Source: Spizellomyces punctatus DAOM BR117 (lineage: Eukaryota). Taken from it: DNA of 64,000 bases. The stretch lies in the NCBI GenBank assembly GCA_000182565.2, contig KQ257454.1; one strand, given 5' to 3'. The notes below the pieces were generated by a model that searched no databases, was not told the DNA's origin, and was given only the letters and a program-made list of their open reading frames with translations. This document shows, piece after piece, positions 22,501-34,500 of the stretch. Made by a program: the position numbers and the translations under genes. How positions within the stretch are numbered: position 1 is the first letter of the stretch; every line of letters starts with the position of its first letter.

Positions 22501-25500
22501 AAAGCAATGATGGAGACGGGCCCTGTGGAGGGCAGGGTGGAGCTGACTCCAATTCAGCACTGGTTTTTGGAATGGAAGCCGGTGAATCCCGATCATTACA
22601 ATCAAACCTTCCTCCTCATTCCCAATCAAAGATTGCTTCCAGAAACGGTTACCCAGACGATGAACGCTCTTGTCGCTCACCACGATATGCTTCGGGCGCG
22701 GTTCACTCTGGACCGGGAGGCAGGTACAATGGAGCAACGTATTCTCAACCTCCAAGACCATGCCCCGGTCGAGACCATGTCTTCTACCGCGGCGAACAGA
22801 ACTGAAATGCTAGAGAGGGTTTATGCGATTCAGCGAACGCTGAATTTGGCAGACGGGCCTATCATCGCCGCTGGATTGATCGATATGACGGATGGCCAGC
22901 AGCGGCTCGTCATAACCGTCCATCATTTGGTCATGGATCTGGTGTCCTGGCGCATCTTGCTCGAAGACTTCCAAAACCTTTATACCGGTGTGGATGGGCT
23001 GCCCCCCAAGACGACTTCATTTCAGACTTGGGCTCTCAAGCAAGCCGAGTACGCGCAAACCCTCGACCCCGAGTCATGGCCCAATACCTTCCCCACCCAG
23101 CCGCCAATACCTTCCGATTTTGCGGGCAATCCGACGCAGAAGAACCGCGCGAGCACGATGCACCGCCTTACTGTCGAGGTCCCGGCGACGACGGTGGAGA
23201 AGATCTTCTCTCAGGCCTTGCCTTTCTACCAATGCACTGTATTGGAGATTCTCGTGGCGGCATTAGCTCTTGCGTACGGCCAGCAGTTCGACCGCGACGT
23301 GTTTGCTGTCGATCTGGAAGGGCACGGACGCGAGCCTTGGGATGACGCTCTGGACACCTCACGAACTCTGGGATGGTTTACAACCACATTTCCAGTCTGC
23401 CTGCGCGCTCGTAACGTTGCAATGGATCAAGAAGGACACATGCCATTTGTAGATACCATAAAGAAAACGATTCGAGGCCTCCCGCTCAAAGGTCTTCCTT
23501 ACGGAGCTATGAGGTACCTGTCCAACAAGCCTTCAGCAAAGACGTTCGTTACCACACACCCTACTTCCGAAATCATATACAACTATTACGGGGCGTTCTC
23601 TCAACTGGAAGACAAGGCTAGCCTGCTTAGACTGGCCGGAGAAGAATATGCCAATGGGGAAGATGACTACGACGACTGCGAAATGAACCGATATCGATTC
23701 AGTATAGAAACCATCCAGCAGAACGGCATCCTAGAAACCCGTTTCTTGTACAGTGCGGCCGACTTTAGAGAAGAGACTGTGAGTGCTTTCGCTGCCAAGT
23801 GGCTGATGTTTCTCGACGTTTTCGTCGATGTTACCCATGTCCCCAGCTCTTCAGCGGACATTTCGATCGCCGACTCGACGGTGGTCAATGAAGCTCCACT
23901 CCGCCCATTTGAATTGCTCGGCATGGGGGAGGCTGAGGGACGTGCTTTTCTTCAAAATTTCCTCGAGGACCACCCGATTGATATGGATGATATAAAGGTA
24001 GGTCTGCCCTCAGCGCTTTGGTGTGGACCACTTGGCTCTCAGTAGTTAATCCTGTTTGCCGCATTAGGATGCAATGCCCTGTGTCCCGTTGCAGTCTGCC
24101 ATTGTGGCGGCCACAAAGCTAGACAGTTCCCAATACACCTGGCAAACGGTGTACAAGATTCATGGCTCATTGGATTCCGCCCGGTTCGAAAGTGCCTGGA
24201 GGGAGATCATCCATGCCAATGATATGCTCCGGACGACCTGCGGTTGGACCGCGGACTTGCATGGAGATACTAATGCAGTCCAGGTACTGTTGAAAAGCGA
24301 CCGATCTGAGTGGAAGAACATCGTTTGCGGAGAAGAAGGTATGGAAGCGACCCTGAAAGAGTATTTAAAATCAGACGAAGCCCGTGGTTTCCCTTCCGGC
24401 GACCCGTTCGTGCGGGCCTGTCTTTTATCCAAACCTGGGGAGCCATCTAGGTTAATTGTGACCGTCCACCATTCTATCATTGATCAGTGGTCCTTGAACA
24501 TGGTGGTTGATGACCTCCGTATACGATATCATGGCGGCATTCCAGCACCTTACACTTCATTCGCAAACTTCACCAAGTACATGATGGAGGAAGATTGGTC
24601 GAGAGCCAAATTATTCTGGACGGAGTATCTCCGGGGAACGAAGCGTGTGGAGTTTCCAAGGTCAGGGAGCTTCTGCTGCTCTCATGGACTATTGTCCGCT
24701 TTCTTCTCAAATTCCATTCGTAGATCACTCCCCAACGTCGCATGTCGGGCGACGAGGCATTTTGAAGCAAACATCTTGCTCGAGCTTGGTAACTTTGCTC
24801 GCGCTAAGGGCATAGCTGCGTCTGTACTGGTCAACGCAGCTTGGAGCATAGCTCTTAGCGCTCGTTCCGGAAAGAAGGACGTGGTTTTTGGCACTGTCTT
24901 TTCCGGGCGCTCTGCTCCGTTGGACGGAATCGAGCGGATTTGTGGGCCGTGTTTGAACACAGTGCCATTCAGGGCCACGATTTCTCATGGGACCACCATC
25001 ATTGACTTTTTGAAGGGACTACAGAGAGCATCTTCAGACATTATGGAATTTGAGTCGACACCAAAGTCGGTAGTGTCTGAAGCGGTGGGAATGGACTCGA
25101 GCAAACTGTTCAACACTTTAGTAGCTCTGCAGGTACGTGTTTACTTTATTGGACTGTATTTGGCAGGTGATGGCAAGGGATATACTAATACATTCACAGA
25201 ACGTTGCGGATTGGTCTAACAGACAGTGCACCGAGACTATTTCACTGGAAACAGAAAGCACCACTATGATCTCAGACATCTCTTTGTCCGTCGAGGTCAC
25301 TATATCCGCCGACGGCTTGAAGTTCGTGTTCCGATACGACCAGAAAGTTATTTCCCAAATTGAAATTGACCTACTCTTGCACCATCTCGCGGACGTCCTT
25401 TCGTATATGATTAATTTCCCGGATCGGCCTGTCGAGTCCATTCCCCTAGTAAGCGCTCAAGAGCACGGCATACTCCAGTCTTGGGCGCAGGGCCGCGATG

Positions 25501-28500
25501 CTCCCGTCCAGGGCGTCTTGCTACACGAGTTAGTGCAGTGGCGAGCGGATAACCACCCCGACACAATAGCGGCCGAGCTCTATCGTGGTGGAAAACTGAC
25601 CTACCGGCAGCTCATGGAAAACGCGAATCGCCTGGGTCATTATTTGCAACAGATGGGTGTGCGGCCTGACATGATGGTGCCAGTGTGCATGTCGAGGTCT
25701 TTTGATATGCTCGTTGGTCTCTTGGCTATTCTGGCCGCCGGTGGGGCCTACGTGCCGATTAGCGAAAAGATATCCCCTGAACGTATTCGAGACATTCTCA
25801 AAGCAACAAATGCTGCTGTAGTCGTTACAACCGAAAAGCTTTCCGGCCTCTTCCTTGCCGATTCGACTGACTCCAAGCCCAAATGCGTTTTGGTTGATGA
25901 GTTTAAGACTGAGCTTGCAAACTATCCGGCGACACCTGTGGTCACTCCTGGGCTATCTGAGGACAATCTGGCATATGTTCTTTTCACCTCAGGATCCACG
26001 GGCGAACCAAAAGGGGTAATGCTGGAACACGCCAGCGTCGTCAACTCCCTCCGTGCGCACACCCTGTGGAATGTCGGCCCACACTCTCGGGTTCTAAACG
26101 TGTCTCCGTACACCTTCGACCTTTCTGTGACGGATATATTCCTGCCTCTTATATCAGGTGGAACGGTTGTGCTTGCATCGGAAAACGATATTCAAAGCGA
26201 TTTGAGTCAGGTAATAAGGGAAGCACGTATTGACCATGTCGAGCTTGTCCCGTCGCTTGCGGATACGGTTGATCCCGCGTCGGTGCCTGAACTGAAGACA
26301 TTGGTCACCGCGGGAGAAATGTTAACAGAAGTGCTGGTGCAACGGTGGGCTTCGCGAGTCCGTTTGATCAATGGTTATGGACCAACAGGTACGTCTCCCT
26401 TCGCAGCATTCTGATATGATATCAATCCTACTCACCGCATCATCTTCAGAAACCACGATACACTCTCACATGAAGGTGGTTCAACCGAATGATTCTCCAT
26501 TACATATTGGCGCAAGCATTGGAGATGTAGCCACTTACATCTTGAAGGATGACCTCAGCCCGGTGCCTGTTGGGGTTGAAGGCGAGGTTTACATCGGTGG
26601 AACCCAAGTGTGCAGAGGATACCTAAACGGGACTGATTTGGACAAAGAGGCATTTGTATCCAACCCTTACAAGAAGGGTGGACGTCTGTATCGCACCGGC
26701 GACATTGCGCGCTTCCGACCTGACGGGACTCTGGAATTCGTGAGACGCAGAGGAAATCAAGTCAAAGTCAACGGTTTACGAATTGACCTAGAAGCGATTG
26801 ACAATGTCATCGCAAGAGAGGACGTCGTTGAATCCGCCGTGACTCAGCCGGTGAAGTTTAGAGGCAAACAGCTGCTTGTAGCATTCATTGTTGTTGGACA
26901 GAAAAGTAGCTCCGTCCGACTAGCGGTTGAGGCTCTTGAAAAGGCTATCGCTGCCAAGTTGCCCTCATACATGACACCGCGGCACTGGATTCCCCTTGAT
27001 GGTGAGAACTATATTTCATGCTGCAGGCATTGTTTTTTAATGAACGTCGCTAACATTTATGGCGTATCTCAGCGCTTCCGCTGAACGCTAATTTCAAGCT
27101 GGATCGTCGGGCCCTCCAAACGATCTTTTCGGCTGTTGATCTTGTGGCAATCAATACCCTCACGCGCGGTGCCAGCACCAGAAAACACCCTCCGGCGAGC
27201 CAACTGGAAAAGGATCTGCATGACATGTGGACTTTGACCTTGGGTCTTGAACCCTCAGATATAGGAACGAATGATTCTTTCTTCAATCTAGGAGGCGATT
27301 CTCTAGCGCTCATCAAGTTCGTCAATAATGCCCGTGCGAAAGGTCTCTCCATAACGTCATCAGATGTATGTGGTTCGTTAAAGATCCGTTGATTTTGGTA
27401 ACACCTCATTTCTCACCTTTGTGAACATAGTTTTTCGCCAACCCAACCATCGCATGTCTTGCGAAATTCCTTGAGAAAACCAGTCCCCCGGCTCCGGTCT
27501 TGACTGTCAAGCAGCAACCTAATGTGGCTGCGTTCAGCATGTTGACCCTTCCCCAACTGATGGAAATCAGTTCGAGGGACCTTCCCGCCCTAGATATCAA
27601 ACTTGAGGATATTGAGGACATCTATCCGTGCACTCCCATGCAGCGAAGCCTAGTGGCTGCGACAATAACGGGTGAGAGAGCCTCTTATCTCTCACAGATA
27701 GTCTACGAGTTTGAGAAGACACCGAATATCGATCGTTTCAAGAAAGCCTGGCGCGAGGTGATCCGTTCCAACCCGATTTTAAGGACGCTTTTTGTCGTCC
27801 CTCAGACAACCTCGAGCGACCTTCAATGCCTGCAAGTTGTAATGCGCGATGACCTCTCGTCGTGGACCGAGCATCAAATAACAGAGGGAGAAGAGCTAGA
27901 GAAGATTTTGTCCCAAGATCTGGAGAAAGGAGTGAAGCTCGGCTCGCCCTTCATGCGCTTTGCTCTGGTTCGTGCCCCTTCCGCAAACGTCAAGTTCATC
28001 TGGACCATTCACCACGCGCTATACGATGGATGGTCGACGAACATGATATTGGACGACCTAGAAGCTGCCTGTCGCGGTGAAGCGTTAACATTGCGGCCGG
28101 CCTATAAGGGATTCGTTCAATATTTGGTCCAGCAAGACAGGGAGAAGGCTGCCGAATTCTGGAGACAACAGTTGAAGGACTTTGCGGGAATGACCTTCCC
28201 GCGGTCGCCGTCATCCACCTACCAAGCGAAGAGTACCGGGAACTTGACCTGTGCCGTTAATGTGGATTTGGGCAAACATGCCAGGGAGCTTGGCGTTACG
28301 ATCTCAACTATTTTCCGTGCAACGTGGGCCCTTGTTCTTGCTTCCCATGCCAACACGAATGATGTGTCGTTCGCCTGCGTTAGTTCAGGACGCAGTGTTC
28401 CGGTAGACGATATTGAGTATATCAACGGCCCATGCATTACATGCGTCCCGGTCCGAGTCGTTTTGGACAAAAGCATGACTGCTACGAACTTCTTGCAGGT

Positions 28501-31500
28501 GCTACAGAAGCACCACCTTGACATGATGCAATATGAACATTGCAGTCTGATGGACGTGCTGAATTGCGGGCCTGGCTTGTCTGGCTTGAGCGGGCTGTTT
28601 ACGACCATGCTGGTGATTCAAAATCAACCCGAAGCTGTAAAAGACATGGACGCATCTGGTCTCAAATTTCTCAGAGCCGAGATGGGCATGGACAGTGGAC
28701 TCTGCCTTGAGCTTAAGAAAACCGACTCAGGATGGATGGTGGTGGTTGATTTTGATGAGGAGATTATTACTGAAGGAGAGCTCAAATGGATCATGGCTCA
28801 CGTCTGTCACGGCATCAAAGATCTGGTTCAACGCCCTAACGCCGCGCTCCGGGACATCCAGTTGAGCAGCCTGGAAGAAATGGAATTTCAGCGTACCCAA
28901 TGGGGTCGGCAGATCGTAGAGGTTGACGCGGATCTGTGCATTCATCAACTTGTTGAACGTCAGGTCGCGCGAACACCGCATAAAAATGCCGTAGAGTTTC
29001 TGAACGGCCCAACTTTGACGTATGCCGAGTTGAACTGTCGCAGCAACCTCCTCGCACGTCACTTGCAAGAAATTGGCGTTGGTCCAGAGGTCCTTGTGCC
29101 CATATGTGTTGGACGATGCATTGAAATGGTCATCGCGGTCCTTGGAGTGCTCAAGGCTGGTGGCGCTTACGTTCCGCTCGATCCCGATATTCCAGCGAAG
29201 AGGATCAACTTCATCATCGAGCAGACGAAGAGCACATTAGTGGTGACAACATCGAACCTTGTGTCCATCCTGCAAGCTACTCTGGAGGCAAACGTCATGG
29301 CGGTGGAACATGTTTTGTCTGACGATCCAGGCACACCTGTCGAGAACTTCAGCGTTCCCTCGCTCTCGTCAAGCAACCTTGCGTACATAATCTATACCAG
29401 CGGCTCCACCGGCGACCCGAAAGGAGTCATGATCCCCCATCGTGCAATTGTATCCGCAAGCGGCGGTTTTTGCGAGCGGTACTCTCATGGTGAAAGCGAC
29501 CGCCGCTTGAACTATGCCACTTTCACGTTCGACGACTGTGTTATGGATTTTTTTGCAACGTTGAGGACAGGTAAGGAAGACAGTTATCGTTCCGCAAAAG
29601 GTTCGGATCACTCAGTCAATGCTGTCCCCTAGGTGGCACGATCTGTATGGCCTCCAGGGAAGACCTTACAACCGACTTGGATGGCGTCATCGCCGAAATG
29701 AAGGTGACTTTCCTGGCTGCTACACCGTCTGTACTTGCCCTGCTTGATCCACGGCGGGTCCCTACCATGCGGGCTATGGATATTGGTGGGGAGCCTATGA
29801 TGCAGGAGCTTGTTGAACGCTGGGGAGGATTGGTTCATCTTGGTAATGGTTACGGACCGACGGAAACCTGCTGTCTCAGTCACTCCCACCGGCATTATAG
29901 CGACGAAAAGAACATTCATTTGATTGGGTATCCTTATCGAGAAGTTGCTCAGTACCTTCTCGACGACAAACTCAAGCCTGTACCTATTGGGTGCGTGGGG
30001 GAGATTTGTTTAGCAGGTCCGCAGCTGGGACGAGGATATCTGGGTCACCCAGAATTGACTTCCAAGGCATGGATTAACCATCCCCAGTTGGGATTGATAT
30101 ACCGAAGCGGCGATCTTGGGCGCTACTGGTACGACGGCCAGCTTATTATCTTAGGACGACAAGATGATCAAGTGAAGCTGCATGGATTACGGATCGAGCT
30201 TGGCGAAATTGAAAACGTTCTGTTAAGAGCACAAGAAGTCAAATATCTTGCGGCAGTCGTGATGACCCTTGCTGGAGAAAATGACAAAAGCCTTGTGTGC
30301 TTCTACGACCTGCACAGGTATCGAGATGAAAACCACAAATGCACTTTCCTCCCGTCAAACGACTTCGTGCAATCAGTCACTGGCGGTTTGATTACTCTCG
30401 CTCGGTCTGCGCTGCCCTATTACATGGTCCCATCCATGTGGGTCCCAATGACGCGGTTGCCCCTCAACAAGAATGGTAAGATTGACAAAAAGAAGCTTAA
30501 GCAGCTCACAGTGGTTCGCTCTAACAGAGAGACTGCCGAGTTGGAAAACCCGCAAAGCGACACTGAGCAGGAGATTTTTAACATCGTGAAAAAGCTGGTT
30601 GGGAATGAACACTTCGGTGTAGATGACGTCTGGTGGACAGTTGGTCTAAACTCGCTGTCGATGATTCGATTTGTGGGAACACTGAGGACCTCATTTCCTT
30701 CATCAGGTTTGACGATAACTGATCTTGTACCAAATGCAACTATCCGGCAACTCGCGGTTTACATAGACAAGTACGGGGGTCGAGGAGGGGGTGACACGAA
30801 CGCAGAAGCGAACTCACAAACAACAACCGAAGAGCGCTCGATGCTAGCGGACATAGGTCATGGCCGTTTCCCCGCCTCATTTACTCAAGAGCGAATGTGG
30901 CTAGCGCAGCAAATTTGGAATGACAGCACCTACCATATCCCAGAGCTAATGCGAGTTCGCCAACCGCTAAAGCCGGATCTTCTGATCAAATCAATGCACC
31001 TAGTGTGCCAGCAAAATGCGATTCTCCGAACCACGTTTGAATTCGATGGGGACAATGTGATGCAAATTGTAAATAAGAAGATTGACTATGAATTCAAGTC
31101 GCTTGACCTGACCGCGGAGGGCGATCCTCTTGCAGCGCTTCGAAAGCTATGCGCAGAGGACAATGCCACACTTTTCAACCTCAGCGATAAACCCGCCGTT
31201 AGATTCATGATCTTCGAGTTGGGCAGTAATGATTACGCTGTTTACCTCAATGTTCATCATATCATTGCAGATGAGTGGACCTTCGCTCTTTTACTGAACG
31301 AGCTCTCCCACACGTACGCGATACTCATACAACAGAAAGCGGACGTTGGTATCGGTCATGCCTCGTTGGAGTACGTCGATTTTACATTAGGGCAACGACG
31401 CCACCTGTCGGAGGTTGAAAGCCAGCAATTGGACTTCTGGGGAAATGCACTCAAGGACGTGGTCCCCGCAAAATTTCCGTCGTTGCAGAGCAACAAGATA

Positions 31501-34500
31501 GATGATAAGTCAGCAGCGAATAACGAAGAGCTTTTCCTGGACCCCGTAGTCGTGGAGGCGTTTCTAGCCGTCTGCAAAAGCCAAAATGCATCCCCTTACG
31601 TAGGCTGGCTGTCCCTTTTCCAAATTCTTGTTTACCGCTATTGTCAATCGACGGATTTCGCCATTTTGACACCTGTCACAAATCGAGCAGCGATTTACGC
31701 GGACGTGATGGGCTGCTTCCTGAACACGCTTGCGATCAGCACGAGACTTGAACCTGACCTCCCGTTTGTCAACTACCTCCGACAAAACATGCAAGTTGTG
31801 AACGAGCATCTGGCTAACATGGATGTACCCTTCGAAAGAGTCATCAGCGAAGTGTACGGAAAGGAAGCACGGCTAATGTTGTCGGAGTTCCAGGTTATGT
31901 TTGCCTACGTTACCGACAACAAATACGTCGCGGATCAGCAGAACATCTTCCAAGACGCGGAGCAGCTGCCTATTAATACCGAGCGAAGGGGATATTACGA
32001 TGTAGCTCTCTCTCTCGTAGAAGGTCGCGGAGAAAATCAAGTCTCAATTAGAATTGAGTGTAACGGGCACTTGTATGACTCCAGGTACATCCGAGCACTC
32101 GCGGGACACTTCCAAGAATTGTTGCTGTCCATTACGAGGAAACCTTCGACGGCCATCGGCTCACTGCGGATGGTCCCAAAAGAGGAAGAGAACTTACTCA
32201 TCAGAAACGAGTATGTGTGCAACACCTGCGATGAGACCGAAACGTTTCATGGCTTGTTTGAAAGGCAGTGCATTAAGACCCCTCATTCAATCGCCCTGGA
32301 GCATCTTGATGGCAGAAGTGTGACGTATGCGGAACTAGATGCGAAGGTAGATGACCGTTCGAGCTGCGTCCGGTTGCTTTTCCTCCGAACTCACTGACAA
32401 ATCCCATTTTCAGGCCAATTCAATTGCGCGGTTCCTGCGATCCGAAGGCGTTCCCCTTGAAACACCTATAGTGTTATGCCTCGACAAATGCTTCGACGCC
32501 GTGTGGTGGATGTTGGGAGTTACTAAAGCTGGGTGTTGCTGGGTACCAATAGAGCCTGCAGCCGTAGCCGAGAAACAAGATCTGATCATTCGCGCGGCGA
32601 AGGCACCATTTGTTGTCACAACCACCAAATACTCGGCTGACTTCCGCCGCGCAGGACACAGAGCTATCGAAGTGGACGTAGAGGACATTGTTTCGAAAAT
32701 GCCAACCTCGCCGGTTGAAGCACTGCACGTAACATCGGGCTTGTTGGCATATATTCTCTTTACCTCGGGGACCACGGGAACACCAAAAGGTGTCATGGTG
32801 GAGCATCGGGCTGCTGTTAAGTTTATCGACCTTTGCGCAGACGAGCTTGGAACGACTGAAAGTACTCGCGCCCTCAACTTTTCAACGTATACCTTCGACC
32901 TCTCCATCCTGGATATTTTCTGCACGCTTGCAAGAGGGGGCACCGTTTGTGTTGCACCTGCCGCGGAGATGCACGGCAATTTAGCAGCAGTAGTTCGAAA
33001 CCTTTCTGCGAACGCTCTCACTCTCACACCCACCGTGATATCCCTGCTCTCTCCGGAAGAAGTTCCATCTCTGAAAGTTCTTTGCTCAGCAGGCGAGCCT
33101 ATCACGCAGACGATTGTGGCGACGTGGTTCCCATATCTCGACAGGCTTCTTAATGCGTATGGTGAGTGCGGACTGCACATTTGACACCTCTAAATAATTT
33201 TGCTAATTCCAGTGTAGGTCCCACGGAAACGGCAGTTACAACTATTTGTCGGCCGGATCCGTCCACGTTTCCTACCATTATCGGAGGGGCTGTCGGTTCC
33301 AGCTTATGCCTAGTCGTCGATGAAAGGATGAATCTAGTGCCCATTGGCGTCAGTGGCCAGTTAGCGGTAGGAGGAGGTCATTTGGCGAGGGGCTACCTCA
33401 ACCGGGCAGATCTCACCAGGGAGAAATTCATCGACAATCCTTTTGTGCCCAGAACACGCATGTATCTGACAGGTAAGCAACGGGCCCCTTGGAAGGTCTC
33501 CTGCGGATTTAAGTTTAAGTTGATCGTCACACTTCCGCGCCTTAGGTGACCGTGTCAGATTGCACGCCAATGGGCAGTTTGAATATTTTGGTCGCATCGA
33601 CAATCAGGTGAAAATAAACGGTCGACGGACGGAGCTAGGTGAAATCGAGCACGCAATCTTGGAGGTCCGCTGCGTTCGAAATGCATGTGTTGTCTTGCAA
33701 ACCGGAGACAATGCCTCTCTTATCGGCTACGTTACATTCAAAGATGTTAGCGGAACTGTTGCCCAGATAACGGACGGATCAAAGGATCAAGACCTGGAAG
33801 CTATCCGATCTCTCTTGAGGAAGAAACTCCCACCGTACATGGTACCGCGAAAATTGATACCGATGGCAGATTTCCCTCTGAGCAAGGCTGGCAAGATCGA
33901 CCGCGGCAAACTCCGGTCATGGAGGTTCCTTGAACAAAAGCCAGCGCAAGCACAGAGTGATAGAAAAAGAGAATCCAAGGACTACGAGCACGAATTGCTG
34001 GGGCTTGTGGCTCAGATCGTGAACAGTGCGGACATCGACCCAGACGATGACTTGTCCGCGGTCGGTTTGGATTCTTACGGCATGATGCGCCTGATGCTAC
34101 GTATACGAAAGACCTACCAAGTGGAATTGACGGTGTCCGAAATTCAGAAGTGTTCCTCCGTAGGCTCTCTTTGTAATTTGATTTCCCGCAAAAGAGAGTC
34201 CGGTCACAACGACAAACAATCAGCTTTGGAGATTTCCCTACTCCGAACGATAGCTGACTTACTCAAGTATGACGTGATTGAGGCGGAAGACAATTTAATT
34301 GCCAATGGATTAGAATCATATGCCATCATGCGACTTATTTCGCGAGTCAGGAAGGAGTTTAACATGGACTTGACGATTTCGGAGGTGTCAGCAAACCCCT
34401 CGGTCCGCTCACTCGCTGCACTTATCAGCAGGAAGCGACATCCACGCTCTGACACTGTATCCGAAGAATCTGCTACGATTGCCCAGGAGAAACAATATCC

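Noticed and set aside
32410-33180. Long antisense ORFs over the NRPS, PHO84 and other genes
   Set aside because: Shadow frames of real coding strands with no independent motifs.
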